This document shows, piece after piece, positions 14,401 through 24,844 of a stretch of 64,000 bases of DNA. Made by a program: the position numbers and the translations under genes. The stretch is from the NCBI GenBank assembly GCA_977016875.1, contig CDRNST010000049.1, forward strand, positions 6,448,001-6,512,000. Reading direction: 5' to 3'. The stretch's first letter is position 1. Every line of letters starts with the position of its first letter. This DNA is from Pavona decussata. Taxonomy: Eukaryota. The notes under the pieces are model-generated. The model did not search any database. It had not been told where the DNA came from and saw only the letters and a list, made by a program, of their open reading frames with translations.

Positions 14401-16854
14401 AATGCTTGAGCACCTGTGGGAAATTTACCTCACATAGATGGAAAAGCATTTTGATTTTTTACTCCAACATCGATGAGAAGCAGGCAAGAAATTAAGCATG
14501 GATTCATGGTTAAATTCCATCATCTTCTCTTTCCAACCGGTACCTACGAAACGTTAAGTCTATAACTGGTGTGTGCTCTAGACAAATCATGCAGTCTACC
14601 ATCCACTACATGTCAATTTAACGTGATTCGGCTTCAAGCGGTATTACCCAAAACTGTGAACAGTTACAAAGGGTTTGCTCTGAGGATTATTTTCATCGCA
14701 TTCGACGCTACATCCATGACCTCAATTCTAGATATTATATACGACTCAAAACTGTCAAGGATAAGAAAATAGCTTCTTTAAGGGACGCAAAGCGCCAAGA
14801 AGAACGTGATAATAATCCTACCGACACTAACAGTCGTGCGGGCAGTTGTGACAACAATCCTTCCGCCGCCGATGATCGCCCCAGCAAACTCGTTGTTAAT
14901 ATACCACCTGACATTCCGCTGACTGATGCTGAGAAATCGGTTCTGAGTAAAGGACTGAGTTTTGTCCCTGTTAAGAAAGGCATTGACGAATATCAGGCCA
15001 AGGCCGACTGCGAAAATCTCTATCGCCGCATTCGTTTGAAGGCCCATTTTCACAGAAACGATGACAGCGACTCTCAGCCAACTTCTGACATCGACGACCC
15101 TTTCGCTAAGTTTAACCCCAAGGATTCTTGTTGGTCTCCTCCCGATGGCAAATTTTCAGCTGTGGATCATTACATTGATCGTTGCCGCCGTGCCGTAAAT
15201 GCTGTTAATTTTAAGGCAAGATCACAGCAAAATAACTTATCACCCACTGAGAGAGCAGCATTATTTCAACTATCAGCACGCAGTGACATTGTCATCAAAC
15301 CAGCTGATAAAGGTGGTGCTGTTGTCGTCTGGTCGCGCCCTTTGTACATCGCTGAGGCCAACCGTCAACTGTCCGATGAGAGATTTTATGAACGCATTGA
15401 TCACGATCCCATCAAAGAGAATCAGCTCACGGTTAAATCGACGGTCAACGCTATGATCACTGCTAACGAACTTCCACCATCTGCTAAGAATCTAATTGTG
15501 CCTACACCAAAAACCTCAAAATTCTTTCTGCTTCCAAAGATTCATAAAACAGGCAACCCTGGGAGACCAATTGTTTCTGCGTGCAGCTGTCCAACTGAGA
15601 ACATTGCCGCGTACTTAGATCGGATCATGTGTCTCCTCGTCCGCAACCTCAACACCTACATAAAGGATACCAACCACGCGCTCAACATCTTTAATGATTT
15701 CCGCTTTGATGACACTATGACCGGTGAACGCTTCCTATAAAGCATGGACATCAAATCTCTGTATACCGTAATCCCGAACAACAGCGGCCTCGAAGCTTTA
15801 GCCTACTTCCTTTCCAAGCGTTCCGTTCTTGAGTCACCTACTTCTACCCTAACCCGTCTTGCTGAACTTGTGCTGACCCTCAATGCCTTCACTTTCAATG
15901 GCGATTTTTACAAGCAAATAGGAGGAGTCGTCATGGGCAGCAAGATGGGCCCTAACTATGCGTGCCTCTTCGTGGGATATATTGAGGAACAAATCGCTAG
16001 CCAGTACATTGGTTTTGTACCTCAACTCCACGAGAGGTACATCGATGACGTCCTCGGGGTTGCATGCTGTAGTCGCTTGGAACTTGAGAATTACATCAGC
16101 TTCGTATCAAACTTTCATCCTGCTCTTCAATTTACGCACACAATTTCTGATACTGAACTCTCTTTCCTGGACATGAATTTACGCATTACCAATTACCAAT
16201 GGTCACATCAGCACTTCCGTACACTACAAGGTCACTGACACACACAGCTACCTTCACCATCAATCTTCACATCCTCGGCACTGCAAAGAAGGTCTCCCCC
16301 GCAGTCAACTTTTACGACTTCGGCGCCTGTGTTCTGACGACTCTGATTTTCTGGAGAGGGGCAAGGAGATGATCACTTTTTTCGTTCAAAGAGGGTAATG
16401 TGCCGCCTCTCTACAGCGTGATCTTGACACGATCCAGCGTGTCAACCGTACTGAGGTCATCCACCATCAAGACTCCGCACGTAAAGAGCCAAGCAGAATT
16501 CCCTTGGTTCTTACCTACCACCCTTTAAACGAAAGAATCAAGAGAATCCTGCTGCGCAATTTCAGCATTTTATCTGGTGACCCTGAAACTAGCGAAATAT
16601 GTCATCAGCCGCATCTGGTTGCCTATCGCCGTGATCGTAACATCCGCGACATTTTGGTGCATACGACCGCTAACAGCCAACCTGATCCTCATGTGGGAAC
16701 TTCTCCATGACGCACGCCCGCTGCCGCACCTGTGACCATATTTCTCCTGACACCACGCTGCAGGGTCCCAAATGCTTGATTGTCATCAAAGAAGCTTTCA
16801 ACTGTCGAACAACCGGCTTAATGTATGGCATCTCTTGCCGCCATTGCCCTGCTA

Positions 16855-17929
16855 CAGTTGAACCTCTCCACAACGGCCACCTTGAGGACAGAAGAAAGTG
16901 GCCGTTGTGGAGAGGTGGCCGTTATGGGGAGGTAGGGGTGTAATATGACACTTTTTTTTTTCGGGAAGTACAACATGTTTATTGTGCCAAGTTAATGCTT
17001 ACTTGAAAGTGAAAAGTGATCATCGCAGTGAATTTTCCAATTTATGCAATTGGAAATTAGAAGCCTGAAAAAAATTCAGGCTTCAGCGGGATTTGAACCC
17101 GTGACCTCCGCGTTACCGGTGCGATGCTCTACCAACTGAGCTATAATTCATATATGAATTATTTCATATACTTTACATCGTTTCACTCCTCTCACGGAAA
17201 AATGGGAACCTACAATTGACCTTGCTCCCAATGTGTGACTTCATAGCTCAGTTGGTAGAGCATCGCACCGGTAACGCGGAGGTCACCCCCTGACGGGTTC
17301 GAATCCCGTTGAAGCCTGAATTTTTCTCTGGCTTCAAATTTCCAATTGCATAAGTTGGAAAATTCACTGCGATGACCACTTTTCACTTTCATCTACATCC
17401 GCAGTTCATATATGAATTATTTCATATACTTTACATCGTTAATGCTTACTGTAGCCTATAACGGCAATCCAATCTTAAATAATATATATAGATAAAATAC
17501 ACAATAAAACGTAAATAGTGTTTTGAATCAAAATGTTAACAAGACGAAACGAGCAAGGTTCGCAATATTCGCTACATTTTTGTAGACAATTTATGCTTTC
17601 TGCAGCATTTAAATGGAACACAATCAAAATACGTATATCGTTAAAATGGAAACAGAAACGAAATGTTCCGAAGATAAATGTCGATTACTGCATCAGTTTA
17701 TAAAAAGGTGTTTTTTTTTTTACAAAAAAGAACTATACTGGCCGTTGTCGAGAGGTTATTTCGGCAGTCGGGGACGCACTTTAGTGGCCGTTGCCGTTGT
17801 AGAGAGGTGGCCGTTGTAGAGAGGTTTAAACAAGAGCTAATGTATGGACTGTCCGCCGGGACAAAAAAATGTGGCCGTTGTAGAGAGGTGGCCGTTGTGG
17901 AGAGGTGGCCGTTAGTGGAGGTTCGACTG
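16855..17929. mobile_element. Tc1/mariner (pogo/Tigger-like) non-autonomous element inserted in the GIY-YIG motif
   Basis: TIRs cagttgaacctc...gaggttcgactg; TA duplication at 16853-54 and 17930-31; subterminal agaggtggccgttgt repeats. Removal restores CPA-IYIGETGR. Confidence 0.9.
17004..17437 (+). mobile_element. tRNA-core partial-tandem retroposon with 5' inversion
   Basis: 13-bp TSD gttaatgcttact (16991-17003, 17438-17450). tRNA-like core tagctcagttggtagagc...gggttcgaatcccg. Unit repeat of 258 bp (17147 vs 17405). 17004-17144 is an inverted copy of ~17243-17391. Confidence 0.8.
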
Positions 17930-18276
17930 TATTTACATCGGCGAAACTGGCCGCACGCTAGGGCAACGCTTCGGTGAACACCTACGCAGCATTGAGAAGA
18001 ACCTGCCGGGCTTTCCCGTCGCAGAGCATTTTAATACAAATGGCCACACTATCCAAGACGCAAAGGTCCGTGGAATTAGGCTCTGCGACGGAAACAAGGT
18101 GAACGAAAGCGTCAGGAGATGCGCCTTATTTTCAGACTAGGCACCAGTCAGCCGCGCGGACTGAACTCCGACTTCAGATATCTTTAGGTCGTCACGCGTA
18201 CGTCGCGTGCGCACCTTACAACTTTAAATCTGACTTCATGGCGCAAGCTAGCTTTTTAACGTAAATCTTTGACTTT

Positions 18277-18311
18277 TCCACTGATGAAGGGCTAAGCCCG
18301 AAACGTCTGGA
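18277..18311 (+). ncRNA. Minimal type I hammerhead ribozyme in the PLE 3' pseudo-LTR
   Basis: tcca-CTGATGA-a-gggc taa gccc-GAAA-cGTC-tgga: catalytic core, stem II gggc/gccc, stem I tcca/tgga and GUC site. Lies 90 bp after the PLE stop codon, the known location of PLE hammerheads. Confidence 0.85.
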
Positions 18312-18549
18312 CTTATTTCTACATAATGGCACTCAACACTCGTTTTCGAGAACTATATTTTGCCTTATCCCTTTTTATAAGAAATCAAGCAGTTTTTTAA
18401 GGATGGGAAAGGTGATTACTGTTGTGTAAAGGAGCCACTTCCGTACATGAAACTTGTTACTTTGGATAACATCATCACTTGAATTCTTGAGCTGGTGTAA
18501 AGCCTTCTGAGAAAACCCCTAAGAAGCCACAATTCCGTGGAATTTGGAA

Positions 18550-18776
18550 TTTATTTGGACGGTAGAACTTTTGCTTACAACTGTCGCATGCGATTTCCAG
18601 AGCGCGCGCTCCTCGCGTCGTGCAAAAAATCGCACGCAACTCTCGTTACTCAACATTGTCTATGCCTACGATTGTCGTAAGCGAGTTGTAGGTTTGATTT
18701 ACACGAAACAATTCGTGTCGTAGGCCTGTCGTAAGCTTGTCGCATGCGAAAAAGTCGTACCGTGTAAATCGCTCTT
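18550..18776. mobile_element. Degenerate MITE (Harbinger-like)
   Basis: Imperfect inverted ends (acggtagaactttt...tgtcgcatgcg / gtcgcatgcgaaaaagtcgtaccgtgtaaatcg), followed by TTAA. Confidence 0.45.
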
Positions 18777-19011
18777 AAAGAAGCTTACACGTGAGATCAG
18801 GTCCAGTGGTATATGTATTGACGTGGGACTGAACAATGCAGCTGACAGCATATAAAGGCACAGGTAAAATGTGCATTTACGAGCCTATTTTAAAATGAAA
18901 ACATGAAACTGTTTCCAGCTTATACTCGGGCCATATTTGACTGTGTGGTGCGTAAAGCCTACAATCTTTTAACAGTGATAACCTTCAGCATCGCCAATTC
19001 CCCCAAATAGA

Positions 19012-19094
19012 TAGCCTGCGAGCAAGCTCTCTTGGGGGTGGATCCTCTTTCCCCCTCCCGCCCCCCACCCCCAAGAGAGTTTGCTCGCAGGCTA
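19012..19094. mobile_element. 83-bp Academ(H)-like mini-MITE
   Basis: TIR tagcctgcgagcaagctctcttgggggtg; 9-bp TSD ccaaataga at 19003-19011 and 19095-19103. Confidence 0.85.
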
Positions 19095-19111
19095 CCAAAT
19101 AGATAGATACA

Positions 19112-20427
19112 TAGCCTGCGAGCAAGCTCTCTTGGGGGTGGGGGCGGGAGGGGGAAATAGGAGAGAGCTTGCAACCATGACTCAGGAATTTTCATTTCTG
19201 CGTTGAATTTTTCAACGCAAAATGCTGATTGATGGATATTGAATTTGGTGCTTACGTCATTGCTCTTCGCGTGCGTCGTGTTGACAACACAAAAATGGTG
19301 GCGGAGTTTCTATTTGTGAAAGTTGCGAGAATTTCTCTAAATAACTTAGGTTTTTCTCTGGAATTAAAACCCGAGCAAAGTCAAGCTGCCAATGCTTTAC
19401 TTCAAAGAAGCGATGTTCTTGCAGTTTTACCTACGAGATTTGTGACAAGTTTGATATTTCAACCTTTTGCAGCAATTGAAAGTCTAAAGTCTAACATCAA
19501 ACAATGCAAGTCGTTTGCTCATTGCAAAGTATCATTATCGATTACTTGATCGCAGAAGCAAGAAGAATGGGGATGCCTGCCACTTCGATTGCCGATATTT
19601 CAGATGGAGAGTCAAGGTCAGCCAAATTTAAGCTTTTGTTTGGTGTTTGGCTCAGCCGAAAAAAATATGAACATCTTTCAGCTTACGCCACAAATTAACG
19701 CTTTCTGAATATATTGACTCAATTCCGAGTGCTTCGGTACGGCGTTAGCAGCGAACTGCCAGTTTTTTAAGGGCAACGTTCTTTAGAAGCGCAATGATTT
19801 CCTTTTGATCTGGCACTCTCACGTCTGCTTTGCTACTCGTTCACAAAATCACAAATTTCACACGAGTTGAGTGTTCCAATGAAACCACATTGTCGATATT
19901 GAGAATTGCGTCCTCGTTCTCGGAGACCCGGCTGCAAAATTGAGATCCTTCCGATTTCTTTGCACTGCTTCTTTTTTCCCTGGTCGGACTGTGTCAAGTT
20001 TTCGACATTTTTTATGTCCAGTAGTTTTGTGGCCTTGACACTGCAGTCGGCAAGCTTGGGACGACATTTGTGACCTCGACCTTTTGTTCAAACGGCTTTT
20101 AGTGTGCTCACAATTAAGTAAAAACCTTCACTAAATTTTCTGATTTTTGTGGCATTCGTTAGGCATACTCGATCAGAGAAACTATAGTTTTTGTCAGCAA
20201 GGATTCCCGTCTTTCGAAGTGTATCTGATAACATTGTACCTTTCACATGTTTGTTTACGTTTGCTATCGTTTCCGGTTTGCACTGATTGGCCAAATTCTG
20301 ACAGCTAGGACAGCAGGGAGCCGCGGGGAGTATTGGGGGCGGCATTCAAATTCCTGAGACATCGTTGCAAGCTCTCTCCTCTTTCCCCCTCCCGCTCCCA
20401 CCCCCAAGAGAGCTTGCTCGCAGGCTA
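19112..20427 (+). mobile_element. AcademH-like non-autonomous DNA transposon with decayed RecQ-type helicase fragment
   Basis: TAG...CTA termini, ~75-bp TIR, 9-bp TSD atagataca (19103-19111, 20428-20436). Internal LKPEQ..A..LL..DVLAVLPT(RFVT)SLIFQ is a decayed Q motif/Walker A; VVCSLQSII resembles motif Ia. Confidence 0.85.
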
Positions 20428-20662
20428 ATAGATACAGAGATCTAGTGAGGCAATAAGTAACCACCAGATAGGATTGCATTTCTTGCAGTCAGAATGAAAT
20501 ACAGGGGAAAACGACATTTGTCATACGAATGCTTTTTATAATCCCGGGCTTTAATCCTTATACGTTTTCACTTTTCGTTTAGAGACAGAAACCATTTGTA
20601 CGATCCTAATATGTGTGTGACGCAGGGTCAATGACAGATCGTAATTTTCGGTATGATCTAGA

Positions 20663-21064
20663 CCCGGGGGCGGGGGGGGGGGGGGGGAACTCCCTTATGT
20701 GACCTTAACGGGGACGTGCGGCCCGATAGGGTATGGTTTTCAGGGTGTTTTGTCTTGAACGGGGTAGCTTTTTCATGACTTTCTGTCTTAAACAGGGTAT
20801 CCCTTCATCAACTAATGGCTTAAACAGATTGTGATTGCCAATGCATTAAAATACAGTAAGAAACTAGTGTATTCTAATTTCATTCTAGTCTTAAACATGG
20901 TGTGATTTTGGGTTAAATGTCTTAGAGAGGGCCTGAAAATTTTGAATTCTGTCTTAAACGGGATTGGGAAATCGGAGAATTGTGTCTTAAACAGGGTCAG
21001 GGTTTGAACGCCCGGGCCGCACCTCCCTACCCAAGCATCTGTTGAGTACCCCCCCCCCCCCCGG
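20663..21064. mobile_element. Non-autonomous DNA transposon with CCCGGG(G)n termini (EnSpm/CACTA-like)
   Basis: cccgggggg..actc / gagtac(c)nccgg inverted ends; internal tgtcttaaacaggg repeats. Confidence 0.6.
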
Positions 21065-21299
21065 ATCGAAAGTAACGTTACGCATCACGCGTACGTTTAT
21101 ATCCTTGTACGTTTTTCAATGTTTCGCTGTTTATATTTTTAAATGAAATTCAGTGGAAAGCATTTGTTTTTCACTTTTCATTTGAAGACAGAAACCGTTT
21201 CTACATTGATTCTTTTCTATAGTAAACGTGAGACATCTTTGTCTATCTTGGCCCGCGAGTTCATAGACTGATTTAGTTGCCAAATTTACAATTAAACAA

Positions 21300-21420
21300 A
21301 ACTAACCTTGAGGCACTCAGGTTAGCCTAAAAAACACTCCGGTTAGCCTAAGAAGCACTCCCGTTAGCCTAATTAAATAACACTTAGGTTAGCTTAAATA
21401 GCTCCCCGGTTAGCTTAACG
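21300..21420. repeat. Short tandem repeat, ~21-25-bp unit (cactcxggttagcctaa)
   Basis: About 5 imperfect copies. Confidence 0.7.
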
Positions 21421-21983
21421 GTTTGCAGTTTATGTTGGGGCTGTTCATGCCTCGCATGTTTTGTTCATGCCTCGCACGTCTGGCTTGCATATTGTAAACA
21501 CTCCTCACGGCCCGAAAACAAAGAACGCGACCGAGAATTTAAAGAATTTGATAACACAACAGAAAACGTAACTCGTACCAGCCGAGTACAAAAAACGAGA
21601 CCGAGAACAATAACTCGTGGCCCGAAGTCTTATCTCTCGGTCCATCGCGACCCCAAAAAGAAAAAAGAATTTGATAATGCTACCGAAACCTTAACTCGGT
21701 CCGCCTTACCGCCCGAGTAATAAAATAAATAAAAAAAGTATCGTCTCATTACCAGAGAAGCTACCTACTTTTCTATGTTTGGACACCTGCTCTTAAGTCT
21801 GGGCGGATTTGAGGAGTCTTCAGTGATGAGGTAAAATCTCTGCATGGTCCTCTGAGCTGACACTGACCCTTGCTGGATCAAGGTAAGAGACTGGTTATAA
21901 ATCTTCACTTGGCTCATAGGAAGGCCACTTCACCGTCCACCCAACAAACGATGGAGTAATTTGTGTACAAATCAACGAAGTAA

Positions 21984-23740
21984 GGGACCGTTCATTTTTT
22001 ATGAGCATGGGGGGGCTGGTGGGATTTGGTTATTTACCACTACGAAACTGTATGACCCCCCCCTAGCATGCAATTTTTTTCCACATGGCCCCCCCCCAGC
22101 AGAAACAATTTTTTTCTGATGACCCCCTCCCTCCCGCCCAACCAGAAACAAATCATACTCCTAACTTTAACAAAACGCTTATGTACTGTTTATATCAAAG
22201 ATAAACGTAATTGTTACTGTGATTTCTTTACAGTACTATTAAAAAGTTACCGTTCTCTGCTTAGGTAAAGATTTCTCTTGTTTAAAAAAACGTTTTATAG
22301 ATAGCAACACGTTTACGACAACAGCAAACCCTAAATTTCCATTTAGATTCTCAAATGAACTAGAAAAATTAATCAAGCAAATGGTTAACGTGAAATAACT
22401 CCCCTTCGAGTAGAAACAATTAATACACGTACAGATCTGACTAACAAAATACGGATCGAAGCATACCAATCAACGATTACGAGTCATATTAAACAGAAAA
22501 AAACAGCGGACACACAGATATCAGGCGCGTAGGTAAGGGTTAGATAGGGGTGTTCGTTGAGCCCCAAATCTTGCTGAGCGCTGGAGGCGCTCTTACTAGG
22601 GGGGTCCGGGGGCATGCTCCCCCGGAAATATTTGAAAATCTAGGTTCCCAGAAACCTCATTTCCTGCATTTTTAGACCCATTTTAGGCGAATCACAAATT
22701 TGTTTTACAGCAGCTTTTTAAGCTATATACATCATTTCTGCGGCATAATTGTTTCAACTTAAACAAGAAAGTTCAATGTACATTCCGCGCCCTGCCAAGT
22801 TCTGATAGCTATTCGATCTGCTGATAGTCATACACCAAGCTGGTAAACTGCATCATTCTCGGGTGTAGGCCTTCGAACAAATTGACTATCTCGTCAAGAT
22901 TGACAGGCATATCATATTTGATATGCATTTAGAACCAGGGCGGACATTCTACTCTCTCGCATGGTACACCTCGTGTAGTTGTTCAACCTCCTCATTGTGC
23001 TTTTTCTTCCGCCAGTATTGATCTTCAAAGGGGGTTCGTTCAAACCCCTCGAACCCCCCTCCTACGCGCCTGGATATTAAAGTACTGCAGCTATTAAAAA
23101 TGACAGTTACAAGCTTTTCTGAAGATGGCCTCTGCTCAGATTTACCGTCAACTGAAGTCACCAACAACAGTTCTATTATTAAAAACTAATCTGGATGTTC
23201 ACACTAGGCATACTACTGAGTCTACTGATACTCCTGGGTTCAAATAATTTACCAATCAACAGTCTTTATAAAAGTGAGAACTACTAAAGAGAACATTAAA
23301 CAATCTATTGATATAGTTCTGAGTACAGCCACTTAATAGAAAACTACTCCCCCACGGATGATTCAATAGTGAGACTGTTACGTTTTTATATTGATTTGAA
23401 CTTGTACAAACATAGGTGTCTACTTCAGTTTATATTCATTATTGCTTTTCCAACAGATATGCTTCATTTCCTCAGTTTTTGTTAATATGAAATGCAGATT
23501 TCGACCTCAGTATGTAAAACAAATTAAAAGTGGTTAGGAAATTGAAATAATATTCAATTTCTTCATCTGTTTCTGTGTTGAGCCACTTTCAATTTCCCCT
23601 ACTAGCCAATTATTGCTGGTGACCCCCCCCTCTTTCACTCAATTTTTTTTGGTAGCCCCCCCCTTTAGTGCCATTTTTTTTCTCGTGGCCCCCCCCAAAT
23701 CCCACCGGCCCCCCCATGCTCATAAAAAATGAACGGTCCC
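21984..23740. mobile_element. PIF/Harbinger-like non-autonomous element
   Basis: ~46-bp TIR gggaccgttcattttttatgagcatggggggg; TAA TSD at 21981-83 and 23741-43. Confidence 0.85.
22522..23072. mobile_element. Nested TIR element (CAGG termini) inside the Harbinger-like element
   Basis: caggcgcgtagg...cctacgcgcctg; flanked on both sides by gatat. Confidence 0.65.
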
Positions 23741-24446
23741 TAACTACTACAAACTGGACATGATAATAACATAACATAATATTTTATTCAGGAAATACAA
23801 GCTGGTGGTTGTACCCCGGTGGCCTTGACATGCCAGGCAAGTCCAATACACTGTGGCTATTTTCCTGCACAGCTTTTCCCCTAGGGATTTAGTGCCACTT
23901 TGCATGTAGAGTTCAAATTGCGCAACTTTTCTGAAAACCATAATAGTTTTCTGTACAAACCTTTTTATTTTTCCCCTTTAAGTTTTTGCTACAACAGACA
24001 CATACCGTACCATAAGCAATTTTTACAAAATACACGAAAATGAGATTAAGATAGCCAACATGGTTAATTATTTTCCAGCACAGAATTCTCCGAATATTAT
24101 GAGCAAAAGTGTTCTTAAGTTCCTTTAAATTTAAGTTTGTTAGTTCATCGTGAAGCGCCTGGAAACTAAGCATACTAAACAAGTTAAAAAAAGGATTGGT
24201 TAAAGTGAGGATTATTTTTAAATTACTACAGATTTTATACTACATAAAGAACAATGCGAGACGTCTTACAAATGTATTAACAAAGAAATTTGCAGATATT
24301 TCCAAAAGCTACCGTTTATAGAAAGGCTATCAATGATTTGTCTACTCTAAGTACAATGTAAAAGTGCATGTCCATCAAACCACTAGTACACAGCATTCTA
24401 CTAGCAGTTTACATTATTTCGTTTAAAGCGTTTTGCTCACAGATAA

Positions 24447-24844
24447 TTAGAAATGGGTGTCTGCCTCTGGCCCATCGACCACTGCATCAGAGTTGGAGAA
24501 ACTCATCAATAGCACGGTTTGAGTTTCTTTAGAACACTTTTTGTTGTTGTTTCGTGGATAACCATTCCAATCATCTACCGCCTCTACAGGATTATCATCC
24601 TCTTCTTCTTTTTCTCGAAGAGTGACATCAATAGCCCCACTGTCTTTCACCGCATCAGTAATGCCGGTTGTTCCCATGTACCCTGTGTCCAGCTGAGTCT
24701 TTAGCAAGTTCGTTCCAGCCAAACCACTTATGTCTTCCTGAAGATCCAGGAGGGGTAGAATCAAGGCAAAACAGCAAGAGAAGGACCATTGTGGATTTTT
24801 TCGCCATTCCTTTAGGTAGCCATATATGTGTGTTGAGTACTGAA
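24447..24844 (-). CDS. Receptor terminal exon (cytoplasmic tail)
   Basis: Acceptor tttgatttag; phase 1; FQYSTHIYGYLKEWRKNPQWSFSCCFALILPLLDLQEDISG...DTHF*. Confidence 0.85.

Larger units (their letters stand above)
14718..18187 (+). mobile_element. Penelope-like retroelement (Neptune-type) RT + GIY-YIG endonuclease ORF, decayed and interrupted
   Basis: Motifs VLSKGLSFVP, IKPADKGGAVV, LLPKIHK..PGRPIVS, MDIKSLYT, MGSKMGPNYA, RYIDD, LSFLD, SSHP..CK, CRTC linker, MYGISCRHCPA/IYIGETGR..RFGEH, HFN, GLN. Stop TAG 18185-18187. Premature stop at 15738-15740 plus frameshifts. 5' boundary approximate. Confidence 0.92.

Noticed and set aside
17235-17320. tRNA gene (Thr-like)
   Set aside because: Embedded in a TSD-flanked repeat, carries an 8-bp insertion and has an inverted partial copy; it is a repeat-borne tRNA mimic
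17730-17925. CRISPR-like repeats (agaggtggccgttgt)
   Set aside because: No regular unique spacers, eukaryotic context; these are MITE subterminal repeats
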